A stretch of 64,000 bases of DNA from Octopus sinensis (Eukaryota). The position numbers were made by a program, and so were the translations under genes. Location: assembly GCF_006345805.1 (NCBI RefSeq), contig NC_043007.1, positions 7,750,001 through 7,814,000 of the forward strand. Direction: 5' to 3'. The notes below the pieces were generated by a model. That model was not told where the DNA came from. It was given only the letters and a program-made list of their open reading frames with translations, and did no database searches. Positions within the stretch are counted from its first letter, which is position 1. The number at the start of each line of letters is the position of its first letter. Positions 39,451 through 52,504 of this stretch are shown here, one piece after another.

Positions 39451-42400
39451 GAAAAGGACAATAACATTGCATCACCACCAACAACCACAGCTACTATTAG
39501 TGCTATGTCAACGGTGAAGACGTCGGCGACGAGGAAGAGGAGACTGGTTAAAGGCTCAACACCTGATTTCTCAAATAATTATCGTTGGAAACATCGCTCA
39601 ATTTACAAGTTTCTTATTCCCGGCTGAACTTCACCAAAATCTTCGTTTTCGATTTATTATGAATGGAATTCAATGCACTTGAAAATGGTTCCGTACTAGA
39701 TGCATCGTGAAGTCATTTAATTTTCATAACAAAATACAAACAGTGATGATAATATATATAAATGTGTGTGTTGGTAGGTAGGTAGGTATGTCTATTTTTG
39801 AATTCTTTGAATTATTGAATTCTTTGCTGGTTATTTTTAAACACATTCAACCTTAGCTTTAACCTAGGATCAAGGTCAACCTAATATTATTACCTGTTAT
39901 GTTTTTGGCTTTTTTATGTTTTGTTTTTTTTTGTTGGTTTGTTTTTCAGAATCGTATTTTTAACTTTGAAGCCATTATGCTATATACAAACCTACATAGC
40001 AGAAATATAAACATCGCAAATTTAACTATTTCTCCATTGACTGAAACAAATGATGAACAGCCTTAATCGGTTTTTCGAGCCTTATTGGGTACTCATCAGT
40101 GATGCTTACATCATTTACCCAATTCCAGACAATTTAGCAACCAGTCTATTTACATAGTCAACACATCCACTAGCTATAGAGAAATGTAGCTACTAATTTG
40201 CATACCATAAGTTTTTAACATTTTATTTAACATCATCGGCCTATCAACAGGCATCTAAGTCCACACAGTATCTAGATATGATATATGTAAACTTAATTAG
40301 CAGAAATAAAAGCCTAGAAAATGTTAAATTCCTCTGCAAATTGAAAGAATGACGGTAACTAAAGAGATAAAAGTAGACGCACACACGCATACAAATAAGT
40401 TGTTCTTTTATTTTATTAGTTTTCTTTTCTTATACAATTTTCAGCCATTGGACCGTAGGCATGCGATGCATCACCTATAAGGATTTAGTCAAAAAGGACA
40501 ACAGTTTTTAGACCGTTCTAAATATAGACATGTATTTAAGTAACTACTGATATACAGGGGGGGTTGTATATACAACATACATGCATACACATGACTGGTT
40601 ATTGCAGTTTGTTTTCCAAATTCCATCAAGATAGTTTTGGTCAAAACGAGGCTGTAACAAAAGACAATGGGATGCGTAGTAGCATCGAACTCAGAAGCCC
40701 ACGTTTACCAAGCGAACTTCTTAATCTCAAAATCACATCTGCGTCTCTATTTTCATTTAATCTTGGCTTTAGCCTCTACCACTGACTTTCAATCGACAAA
40801 GGCGACTTGCTTCGTTATACATGGTTGAGTGCATGGACATGCGATGGTGTATCTGCATGTGCACATTGCTTTATATGGTATATTTCTTTTTTCATGCACT
40901 GATGCAGAACCTGTTCAAGAGCAGCTAATACCGATGGTTAATCAAGAAATACTATTTTTTTATTAGGGGTTAAAATCTTGGTGATATTAGTCTTGTTGTT
41001 TAAGGAAAGGGAATGCGAATCATATAATCTGATGGAATCTATTCGTACTGTAAATTGACGGATGACTGACAGGAAGCAGTAACTTTATCTTTGAAACCGC
41101 TCTTTTCTAATGCATTACTCTAATAAGGATCGACCTAATAGGACTTTTGTTTTGCTTTATCTTTGTTTTTTTGTGGGGGGATTAACGTGGATTAGATTCA
41201 TCTGTTGATGTCAGTATGCAGCATCATCAGTAGTCACGAGTGGGTGATAGGTATTTTGTCAATGTACGTAAGTTTTAATTAGCTTCATTGATCAGTTTTA
41301 AGTTGCGTATAATTTGAGAGTAACATCCCGGAAAATCACAATAGTCAGATTACTGTGGGTCACGATTAGCCTTGGCCTTCGACCCTCAACTGCTAGGGGA
41401 GTCATGGCGATGTCATTGTGATATACAGTGTTTTTGAAGCATGGCAGACATCACCTTTCTTTCATCTTTCAGATATCATCTTGCTCGATTTCTTCGAGAA
41501 AAAGCGATTAAGACAGAAAGACAGGAAAATTGAGATAAAGAAACGAAGACCTGACTTCAACGATACTTTATCGATCTCGAAAAGCAAAGTTAACCTAAGA
41601 AGTATTGGAGAACTGGAACGAATGCTACAAAGTAATTAGCTATGCCATCATTCTCTATATAAAATGGTATAGAAATTTTTGTACTTTATGTTTTAGCTGT
41701 ATAAGCAGCCAGCAAGCTCAATTATATCTGTTAAATCTAACGAACCCTACTGATGTCGAACTTGTGCAAAGGAATGGCAATCACCATGTATGTGTATATG
41801 CATGTATGATGGTTGCCATTTTTGAACACGTGACCCATATAACGTTGCAACATTTTTGCTGACGAAAACACATAGTGCATTGCTGATAATTTTAAAATCA
41901 ATGACACGTATGTTCTTAATATATTCTAACAAAGTACTAATTAGAGGTGGTGATGAGTTCGGAGGAACTCATAACTCAGTATTGTCAAACTGGTTGAACC
42001 TCAAGGCATAATTAGTATCTGAAAAACACCTGATCACTGAACTACTGTTCTTTCATTACTCGAATTCCAGTCATCCAAGATTTTCTTGCTGATTACACTC
42101 AACTTTGAGTTAGTTACATTAATTAGCCTATTTTTGGATGGGAGATAAAGTTTTGTTTATTGTCCTTAAGCGTGTACTACCCACCCACGCTTAGAAAGAC
42201 ATGGTAACTATTTTCTACTTTCGTTTTCTAGTCCATGTTTTATTCCCTCGTTATTTATATTGTACTTAATTGTTAGTACATTTTTCCTTAAGTAGTAGTG
42301 TATATAATTTCGCATAGATTATAGGACTAATCGGGGAAAACAAAGTTATTTCTGATTCCTTCAAATCTTTAATATCAGTGCCAAAAATATTGTGATCAGT

Positions 42401-42772
42401 TTCAATTGGCAAAAGGTTATTAATCTTAAGATGGAGAGTCTTGTGCTTCTATCGTGATGTTCTAAAATTGTCCCGATTCTCATAGAAAATAGAAATATCT
42501 GTTGCATGTATAAATGTATGTGCGTGTCTGTCTGTGTATGTGTGTGTGTTAAAATTAGTGGGAGGACGCATATGATACAAGAATTTTGTGACTGAAATGC
42601 ATTTCATCATAAGGCTACGGGATAAGGGTTGACCTTGGGTTAACCGCAGATTTATTTAAATAAGACTTAAATCTGTGGAAGCGTGTATGCATACACACTC
42701 TTACACACATACATGAATACATACACATATACAGACAGACAGACACTTCAATGCATGCACATAATTAAATAA

Positions 42773-42868
42773 GTTTAACCATTACAGAGCCTGACTGTAG
42801 GTTAAATAAATATATAAACACGTTTACATTCTTATTTAACTTACACTCAGGCTTTGTAATGTTCAAAC
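42773..42868. repeat. Imperfect ~47-bp-arm palindrome
   Basis: gtttaaccattacagagcctgactgtaggttaaataa versus its reverse complement on the right arm; centre aaacacgttt. Confidence 0.75.
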
Positions 42869-43499
42869 ATCACCGTATGTGTGTGTGTACTTATGTATGT
42901 ATGTATGTATGTATGTATGTATGTATGTATGTATGTATCTAAAGACATGTATATATATATTCATGTATATATGTATGAATATATATATATATAGGCGGTG
43001 CTCCAGTATGGCCGCAGTCAAATGACTGAATCAACACCGCAAGAGTGGATATAGTTTCTTTATTTGTGAATTAAGGCTACCATGTAACTGTGCGTAGAAC
43101 ATTGCTATGCCTTTGGAACTTTCTTCTCGAAGACGATTAGACGTAAGGTTTATGGGGAGAGACCACCAGCAGCCCATACAAACGAAATGCAAAGCCGATA
43201 TAGCTTGGCACCGGAGAAATTGCAGACATTCCGCTCAAAACAGACGGAGACGCAGCAATTACCGCAGGGCACCACTTCAACGCTCTAACAGTTCAAACAA
43301 TCTGTCATTTAAGGAGTTCTTTTACGTTATTTTTCGAACCCTAAAGGAGATAAAAGACAAGGCTGAACTAAGCAGGATTTGAACATGAGTCCTGCCAAAT
43401 TTTTCTCGCTAGACAAGCAAGAGACAAATATGCCTACAACGGATTTGAAATTACAGCCCATGAGATCGTAGTTAAATAACCCTTTCTGCTCAGAAGCAC

Positions 43500-43925
43500 A
43501 AGGCTTCAAATTTGGAGGATGGGATTAAGTCGATTACATCGACCTGAGTGCGTAACCGGTATTTATTTTATCGACCTCGAAAGGATGAAAGGCAAAGTCG
43601 ACCTCGGCTGAATTTGAATTCAGAACGTAACGGCAGACGGAATACCAGTAAGCAGTTCTCTTGGTGTGCTGTCGGTTATTATTATTATTATTATTTGTTT
43701 ATTGCCCACGGGGTGGAGGCTTAACATAGAGGGGACAAACATGGACAGACAAAGGGATTCAGTCGATTACATTGATCGCAATGCGTCACTGGTACTTATT
43801 TAGTCGACCCCTTTTGGATGATAGGCAAAATCGACCTCGGCGGAATTTGAACTCAGAACGTAACGGCAGACGAAATACTGCCAAGCATTTCGCCCGGCGT
43901 GCAATCGATTCTGTCAGCCGCTGCC
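43500..43925 (-). mobile_element. Two adjacent SINE family B copies
   Basis: Core repeated at 43580-43640 and 43800-43880, separated by (TTA)n. Confidence 0.8.
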
Positions 43926-44357
43926 CTTAAGATCGTGGTCAAATAATGAGTGATTTAATGATTGACCAATTGACCAACGCTACACATAAAGCTAAACAGA
44001 AGAGTTGTTGCTTTACAATCAACTCCATTCGGACTTTTCTCTTCTCAGTTTGCAAATACTTCGTCTGAAAAATCTGTCATCGTTTCATTAAGTCATTTGT
44101 TAGGGCTTTAGTCTTTCGAAATCAGTTGTTTCTGATTGCATTCGATCTTATGTGGTCCGCTAAGTGTTCAAGTAATGAGAAATATTGTTCCTTATGGTTA
44201 TTATCGCTATTGACGGCCGCAATTTATGTAAATGAGACATTTTATTTCGACTCATTATCGATGAATAATGAATAGCACTTCATTTGTTATCATTTATGGT
44301 AATAGACACACACTTGCGCGGGTACATGAGTGTATATACACATATATATATATACAC

Positions 44358-44414
<57 letters not shown>

Positions 44415-44473
44415 GTGTGTGTGTGTGTGTGTATGTATATACATATATATATATGTATATGTATGTATGTATA

Positions 44474-44506
<33 letters not shown>

Positions 44507-44520
44507 GTATGTATATATAT

Positions 44521-44553
<33 letters not shown>

Positions 44554-45428
44554 GTACACACACGCGTGCGCGTGCACACCCCTACATCGTATTTGGTTTT
44601 TAAACCCTAATATACTGCCAAGTATGTTAATGTTTATAAGTCAGTAATGACTTCTACTTTTGATTAAGTACTGCGTTGTTTCCAGACACATACATATATA
44701 TACATATATATAAACACACACACACACACATATATATATACAAACACACACACTCACACACATATATATATGTGTATATATATGCTCATAATAGTTACTT
44801 GTGTGTGTGTGTGTGTGTGTGTGTGAAATTATGTATATGCATACATAAGAGTATATCTCATTTTGTTTTGATCCCATCTTTGACCCTCCATAAATCCTAA
44901 ATTTTATTTTAGAATTTATAGGAGCTACTGTCTCTGAAGACTCATATTGTCGTTTGAATGCCCGAAATGAGGAGTAGACAGACAGCCGACAAATAATGGA
45001 GGGTCCTTTTATTCTGGGTTAATTTGTCCTGTTTTCCATTTTGCTTACGTATTTCGCTTGTTTTTGTCCTGTAATTACTATCCACGTCTTGTATCTATCA
45101 CTCCTGTACACGTTATTTGCACCGTTGGTGACGTCCTGCACCCACATAAACATGTATATGTATACATACATACGTACATACATACATACATACATACATA
45201 CATACATACATACATACATACATACATACATACATAAACGCACTCACACCATACATATATAATTCTGAGGTTATATAGGATACTGCTTTAAATTTCTTTA
45301 TTTACTTCTGGATTATATATTTACACTCGCACACTATGTTCGAACCCTTAAATTGATAAAGATATACCTGTCTTGCGCACGTGTTTTCGGTACGCATTTG
45401 CAACTACGTAATTATTCATTAATTAGCG

Positions 45429-45726
45429 ATTCCGCTGACGAGCTACAGATTTCAAATTACACTTCTATATTTAAGAGATGAGGAATTATGTACATTATTT
45501 ACACTTGACGGATATTTGTCCTTATCTTGGGGAAATTTTGAGCCTGCATTCTCATTTCTAAGGTATTTTTCGTTGTTGTTGTTGTTGTTGTTATTATTAT
45601 TCAGGACACTGCTTGGGATCGAACTCGGAATCTTGGGGTTAGTAGCCGCGTTTTTAACCACTATGGCATATGTCTGTGGGCAAATTAGTTTATTTGGAAA
45701 TTAATAGCGAAACTCGAGTTCGAGAT
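45429..45726 (+). ncRNA. Hammerhead motif split by a SINE insertion
   Basis: CUGACGA-GCUA (45435-45445) ... UAGC-GAAAC-UCGA-GUU-CGAGAU (45705-45726); the insertion at 45460-45681 lies in the stem II loop. Confidence 0.7.
45460..45681 (-). mobile_element. Second copy of the tRNA-headed element, HHR deleted
   Basis: Matches the head, microsatellite spacer, body and tail of 24988-25591; (c)aaatta direct repeats at 45453-45459 and 45681-45687. Confidence 0.8.
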
Positions 45727-46059
45727 TAACTCATTCATTTTTTGTTCGTTCTAGTGTTATAACTGGCGTGCCTCATGAATTCTCTTTTTGATGGTTCGGG
45801 TTTTAACTGGCCTTTTTAGCATGTAAGGAGTCCTGTCATAGGTGTCCTCTTTGTGTATAAAATATTTTATACACTCTTATATTTTTAAAAATGCGTTGTC
45901 CTAAGACTTCTTTATGCATGCTAACCTCTGGTAATAAATTATTTTAATTTATTACCTTCACATTTACGATAGTATATATATAATATTGTGTATCATACTG
46001 TGTGTAGATTCTAGTCTAAAGTTTTATTTACGTTCTTCCAGATCTATAACAATACGAAA

Positions 46060-46923
46060 CCGAAATTTTGCAATGTTACTTTATTCACTTAGTTTTACAC
46101 GTTAACACTTTTATCCCCTCAAAGTATTCTCCATTTGAAGCAACGCATCGGTCCAGGCGCGTTTTCCACTGTTCGAAATGATGCCTTTTAAGGCCTCCAT
46201 CGTTATTTTTTTCTTCACCTTTTCTACATCTTCAAATTCCGTAGCACCAGCTTTCATCACCAGTGATGACCTTCAAAAATGGCCCAGACCAACTTCCAAA
46301 TGTGCTTTCAGTTCATGACGCACATTCAGTCGTGACTGCTTTTGATCTCCCATGAGCAAATGAGGCATAAATTTTGCCTCAACTCTTCTCATTTGCAATT
46401 CCTCACTCAAAATTCATTGGCAGGAGCTCCAGGACACACCAGTCATATCAACAAGTTCTGCAATTGTTTGGTGATGGTCCTCCAAGATCAGTTCATGAAT
46501 TTTCATGATGTTTTCATTCGTTTGGGAGGTTGATGTTCGCCCTGAACAAGGGTGGTCTTCAAGCAACGCGTGACCATTCCTAAAACGTGGAAACAACTCG
46601 TAAACATGTGTTTTGCTCATGGCAGCGTCCTTGTAAGCTGTTTGAGGGATGACAACTATTTTGCTGCCGTTTTTCCGATTGGGAAACAGAATTCCACGGA
46701 AGCACGCTCTTCTCCTTCGTTTCAGCCATTGCAAAAATCGACGAACTGGGAAAGAGCACTGCAAAGCAAAGACGTATCACGTGGCAGTAGGACCACAGAG
46801 AAGGGTGCCGGTCGACAGACTAATGCCTGATAATCGCATCAAGTGGTTTCTAACGGCAGAAGCCCGAACTACAATGAGCCTGTCCTACAGAGAGCGTTTC
46901 CGGTTACTTTTGAGTGCCCCTCT
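46060..46923 (-). mobile_element. Internally deleted mariner element
   Basis: QTAYKDAAMSKTHVYELFPRFRNGH.LLEDHPCSGRTSTS (HTH), KVITGDESWCYG (first catalytic D), C-terminal RCVASNGEYFEGD; TIR-like end near 46920. Confidence 0.85.
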
Positions 46924-48019
46924 ACAAGAATTCAGTTTCAGTCATTCTTTGCTCCAAACCGGTTGGTACGTAACTTATTCTACCAATGATAAGAGCTACC
47001 ATATTTCCAAACTCCTTCTCACTGATTTCACTGATTTCACCCGTAATTTTCTTTTTTAACGCATTGGTCTCCATTGGTCTCCAGAGGGCAGCTTATTTCC
47101 ACAAAAGAGTATATTTCTTTCTTGTGGGCCCCACACGACAATATATGGCGATTGTGCTTTAAGTTTGTGGCTGTTTTCATTTTTACGTTCCACCAATATT
47201 CTTTCGACCCGTTGATTCTCGACGTAATTAACTCTGTTGCTATTCTCTATTATTCTGTTTCAGATTGCTTTGTATGTATGTATGTATGTATGTATGCATG
47301 GATGGATGGATGGATGGATGGATGGATGGATGGATGGATGGATGGAGGGATGGATGGAGGGATGGATGTGTATACCGATCGGCCATGTTTGAATATATGA
47401 CTTTTAAAATGTTACAGCATTAAGCTATAAATAAAAATGACAGCATTAGTGCAAGTAATATTGATTGGCTGATATTAGGTGCCCTGGCTGACAGAGCTTA
47501 GCTTGTTAGAAGCAGTTATTAGTTTTCTTCAGAATATGGAATACAGCAAGCTTTGGCCTGAGGTGCATGGCTGATTTTTGCATCTTTAAAGAGCGAGTAT
47601 TACTATAAACAGTCTCGCGCTGTAGCAACATATTAACGATGGCGACAACGAACGTTCGCTGTGTAAATGTTTTCTGAGAATGTGGCGGGTTTCTTTATTT
47701 GTTTGTGTATGTGCGTGCATGTGTGTGCGCTTGTGCGCTTGTGCGTGTGTGTGTGTGTGTGTGTGTGGTGTGTGTGTGAGTGTTGCCTTATGCTTTTATT
47801 CTTTTACTTGTTTCAATCGCCGGAGTGCAGCTGTGTTGAGAAACCGCTTTTAAGGAATTAGTCGAACAAATCGACCCCAGTTCCTATTCTCTGTACGTCT
47901 GATAATTCTACGGGTTTCTCTTACCGAGTTCAGTGGGGTGTCGAGCGGATTACAGACAAGCACAAAGACACACACACACATATAGAGAGGTAGATATAGA
48001 TACAAATATATATATATAA

Positions 48020-48058
<39 letters not shown>

Positions 48059-48400
48059 CTTATATATATATATATAAAAATTCCCTCAAATAATTATTAT
48101 ATATATATATATATACGTATATATATATATATATACATCAAAAAAGGGGGTAGAATAATTAATTGTTAATAAATTCGACCAAGCAGTATTCGGTATGTAA
48201 AGACCATTTACGGTGTATTTGAAGTATTAATTTATAAAAATATGGTAAAGTAAAAAAATTCACTTTACCACACACCGAACTTTTCAGAAATAGCAGCCAA
48301 AAATATGGCTATTTCTTCAACTGCAAATAAAAGTCTCCAGACAATGCATACTCAGAAAATAACTCACATAGGTATAAGGGAAAAACATCCATATGCGATA

Positions 48401-48470
48401 CCCGAGGACAGTCTGTTTCTGGATTTGTGGATTTTGTTTTAAAACGCCACTTTTCCTTCATCAGCTCAGA
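48401..48470 (-). ncRNA. Hammerhead ribozyme, array left arm (altered stem II loop)
   Basis: Reverse complement of the motif at 50413-50474. Confidence 0.7.
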
Positions 48471-48965
48471 GATTTCTTCTTATTTAGATTTGAAAATACT
48501 AAGAATCAAACATACCCGTCCGATATCTGTAACATCGGACAAACCATGCCAGACACCCAGTACTAGCGAATCCAAAAATACGAATGAGATCTATTATTCT
48601 CCCTGTCCACCCACGTGAGTCATAGAGCATTACATTTCTACAGAGGTAAAAACTGTAGTTCAAATTCTTGGAGAGAAAAGTATTATATTGTCATCAAAAA
48701 AGGGGGTAGAATTAATTAATTGTTAATAAATTCGACCAAGCAGTATTCGGTATGTAAAGACCATTTACGGTGTATTTGAAGTATTAATTTATAAAAATAT
48801 GGTAAAGTAAAAAAATTCACTTTACCACACACCGAACTTTTCAGAAATAGCAGCCAAAATATGCTATTCTTCAACTGCAAATAAAAGTCTCCAGACAATG
48901 CATACTCAGAAAATAACTCACATAGGTATAAGGAAAACAATGAAAGATCACATCCATATGCGATA

Positions 48966-49027
48966 CCCGAGGACAGTCTGTTTCTGGATTTGTGGGTAAA
49001 ACGCCACTTTTCCTTCATCAGCTCAGA
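48966..49027 (-). ncRNA. Hammerhead ribozyme, array left arm
   Basis: Reverse complement of the motif at 50413-50474. Confidence 0.8.
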
Positions 49028-49523
49028 GATTTCTTCTTATTTAGATTTGAAAATACTAAGAATCAAACATACCGTCCGATATCTGTAACATCGGACAAAC
49101 CATGCCAGACACCCAGTACTAGCGAATCCAAAAATACGAATGAGATCTATTATTCTCCTGTCCACCCACGTGAGTCATAGAGCATTACATTTCTACAGAG
49201 GTAAAAACTGTAGTTCAAATTCTTGGAGAGAAAAGTATTATATTGTCATCAAAAAAGGGGTATAGAATTAATTAATTGTAATAAATTCGACCAAGCAGTA
49301 TTCGGTATGTAAAGACATTTACGGTGTATTTGAAGTATAATTTATAAAAATATGGTAAAGTAAAAAAATTCACTTTACCACACACCGAACTTTTCAGAAA
49401 TAGCAGCCAAAAATATGGCTATTTCTTCAACTGCAAATAAAAGTCTCCAGACAATGCATACTCAGAAAATAACTCACATAGGTATAAGGGAAAAACAATG
49501 AAAGATCACATCCATATGCGATA

Positions 49524-49585
49524 CCCGAGGACAGTCTGTTTCTGGATTTGTGGGTAAAACGCCACTTTTCCTTCATCAGCTCAGA
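49524..49585 (-). ncRNA. Hammerhead ribozyme, array left arm
   Basis: Reverse complement of the motif at 50413-50474. Confidence 0.8.
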
Positions 49586-50412
49586 GATTTCTTCTTATTT
49601 AGATTTGAAAATACTAAGAATCAAACATACCCGTCCGATATCTGTAACATCGGACAAACCATGCCAGACACCCAGTACTAGCGAATCCAAAAATACGAAT
49701 GAGATCTATTATTCTCCCTGTCCACCCACGTGAGTCATAGAGCATTACATTTCTACAGAGGTAAAAACTGTAGTTCAAATTCTTGGAGAGAAAAGTATTA
49801 TATTGTCATCAAAAAAGGGGTAGAATTAATTAATTGTTAATAAATTCGACCAAGCAGTATTCGGTATGTAAAGACCATTTACGGTGTATTTGAAGTATTA
49901 ATTTATAAAAATATGGTAAAGTAAAAAAATTCACTTTACCACACACCGAACTTTTCAGAAATAGCAGCCAAAAATATGGCTATTTCTTCAACTGCAAATA
50001 AAAGTCTCCAGACAATGCATACTCAGAAAATAACTCACATAGGTATAAGGGAAAAACAATGAAAGATCACATCCATATGCGATACCCGAGGACAGTCTGT
50101 TTCTGGATTTGTGGGTAAAACGCCACTTTTCCTCGAATACTGCTTGGTCGAATTTATTAACAATTAATTAATTCTACCCCCTTTTTTGATGACAATATAA
50201 TACTTTTCTCTCCAAGAATTTGAACTACAGTTTTTACCTCTGTAGAAATGTAATGCTCTATGACTCACGTGGGTGGACAGGGAGAATAATAGATCTCATT
50301 CGTATTTTTGGATTCGCTAGTACTGGGTGTCTGGCATGGTTTGTCCGATGTTACAGATATCGGACGGGTATGTTTGATTCTTAGTATTTTCAAATCTAAA
50401 TAAGAAGAAATC

Positions 50413-50474
50413 TCTGAGCTGATGAAGGAAAAGTGGCGTTTTACCCACAAATCCAGAAACAGACTGTCCTCGGG
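50413..50474 (+). ncRNA. Type-I hammerhead ribozyme, array right arm
   Basis: Stem I UCUGAG/CUCGGG; core CUGAUGA; stem II GGA/UCC plus GUGG/CCAC; GAAAC; quasi-palindromic stem III ACAG-A-CUGU; GUC cleavage after 50468. Confidence 0.82.
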
Positions 50475-50971
50475 TATCGCATATGGATGTGATCTTTCAT
50501 TGTTTTTCCCTTATACCTATGTGAGTTATTTTCTGAGTATGCATTGTCTGGAGACTTTTATTTGCAGTTGAAGAAATAGCCATATTTTTGGCTGCTATTT
50601 CTGAAAAGTTCGGTGTGTGGTAAAGTGAATTTTTTTACTTTACCATATTTTTTAAATTAATACTTCAAATACACCGTAAATGGTCTTTACATACCGAATA
50701 CTGCTTGGTCGAATTTATTAACAATTAATTAATTCTACCCCCTTTTTTGATGACAATATAATACTTTTCTCTCCAAGAATTTGAACTACAGTTTTTACCT
50801 CTGTAGAAATGTAATGCTCTATGACTCACGTGGGTGGACAGGGAGAATAATAGATCTCATTCGTATTTTTGGATTCGCTAGTACTGGGTGTCTGGCATGG
50901 TTTGTCCGATGTTACAGATATCGGACGGGTATGTTTGATTCTTAGTATTTTCAAATCTAAATGAAGAAATC

Positions 50972-51033
50972 TCTGAGCTGATGAAGGAAAAGTGGCGTTT
51001 TACCCACAAATCCAGAAACAGACTGTCCTCGGG
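50972..51033 (+). ncRNA. Hammerhead ribozyme, array right arm
   Basis: Identical motif; GUC at 51025-51027. Confidence 0.82.
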
Positions 51034-51532
51034 TATCGCATATGGATGTGATCTTTCATTGTTTTTCCCTTATACCTATGTGAGTTATTTTCTGAGTATG
51101 CATTGTCTGGAGACTTTTATTTGCAGTTGAAGAAATAGCCATATTTTTGGCTGCTATTTCTGAAAAGTTCGGTGTGTGGTAAAGTGAATTTTTTTACTTT
51201 ACCATATTTTTATAAATTAATACTTCAAATACACCGTAAATGGTCTTTACATACCGAATACTGCTTGGTCGAATTTATTAACAATTAATTAATTCTACCC
51301 CCTTTTTTGATGACAATATAATACTTTTCTCTCCAAGAATTTGAACTACAGTTTTTACCTCTGTAGAAATGTAATGCTCTATGACTCACGTGGGTGGACA
51401 GGGAGAATAATAGATCTCATTCGTATTTTTGGATTCGCTAGTACTGGGTGTCTGGCATGGTTTGTCCGATGTTACAGATATCGGACGGTATGTTTGATTC
51501 TTAGTATTTTCAAATCTAAATAAGAAGAAATC

Positions 51533-51594
51533 TCTGAGCTGATGAAGGAAAAGTGGCGTTTTACCCACAAATCCAGAAACAGACTGTCCTCGGG
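51533..51594 (+). ncRNA. Hammerhead ribozyme, array right arm
   Basis: Identical motif; GUC at 51586-51588. Confidence 0.82.
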
Positions 51595-52093
51595 TATCGC
51601 ATATGGATGTGATCTTTCATTGTTTTTCCCTTATACCTATGTGAGTTATTTTCTGAGTATGCATTGTCTGGAGACTTTTATTTGCAGTTGAAGAAATAGC
51701 CATATTTTTGGCTGCTATTTCTGAAAAGTTCGGTGTGTGGTAAAGTGAATTTTTTTACTTTACCATATTTTTATAAATTAATACTTCAAATACACCGTAA
51801 ATGGTCTTTACATACCGAATACTGCTTGGTCGAATTTATTAACAATTAATTAATTCTACCCCCTTTTTTGATGACAATATAATACTTTTCTCTCCAAGAA
51901 TTTGAACTACAGTTTTTACCTCTGTAGAAATGTAATGCTCTATGACTCACGTGGGTGGACAGGGAGAATAATAGATCTCATTCGTATTTTTGGATTCGCT
52001 AGTACTGGGTGTCTGGCATGGTTTGTCCGATGTTACAGATATCGGACGGGTATGTTGATTCTTAGTATTTTCAAATCTAAATAAGAAGAAATC

Positions 52094-52154
52094 TCTGAGC
52101 TGATGAAGGAAAAGTGGCGTTTTACCCACAAATCCAGAACAGACTGTCCTCGGG
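52094..52154 (+). ncRNA. Hammerhead ribozyme, array right arm (GAAAC reduced to GAAC)
   Basis: One A missing: an inactivating mutation or a homopolymer sequencing error. Confidence 0.65.
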
Positions 52155-52349
52155 TATCGCATATGGATGTGATCTTTCATTGTTTTTCCCTTATACCTAT
52201 GTGAGTTATTTTCTGAGTATGCATTGTCTGGAGACTTTTATTTGCAGTTGAAGAAATAGCCATATTTTTGGCTGCTATTTCTGAAAAGTTCGGTGTGTGG
52301 TAAAGTGAATTTTTTTTTTTTACTTTACCATATTTTTATAAATTAATAC

Positions 52350-52383
<34 letters not shown>

Positions 52384-52405
52384 CACACGTTCAACACACG
52401 CATTC

Positions 52406-52442
<37 letters not shown>

Positions 52443-52504
52443 GCATATTCGAACATACACTTACACATATATACATCACATGTGTACATATACATATATT
52501 TGTT

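Larger units (their letters stand above)
48136..52350. mobile_element. Candidate non-LTR retrozyme array: ~560-bp tandem units, each with a hammerhead, inverted head-to-head at 50133/50134
   Basis: Left units start at 48136, 48692, 49247 and 49807 (partial). The right arm is ~4 reverse-complement units. Seven full-length HHR motifs and one truncated; (TA)n on both flanks. Confidence 0.88.

Noticed and set aside
40060-40110. Minus-strand CUGAUGA...GAAA motif (similar cases at 59355-59395, 17765-17790, 32610-32640)
   Set aside because: Stems I-III too eroded to call; may be old relics
48136-52350. CRISPR array or protein-coding repeat (60-100 aa ORFs in each unit)
   Set aside because: No repeat-spacer alternation and the context is eukaryotic; ORFs shift with single-base indels and show no recognisable motifs
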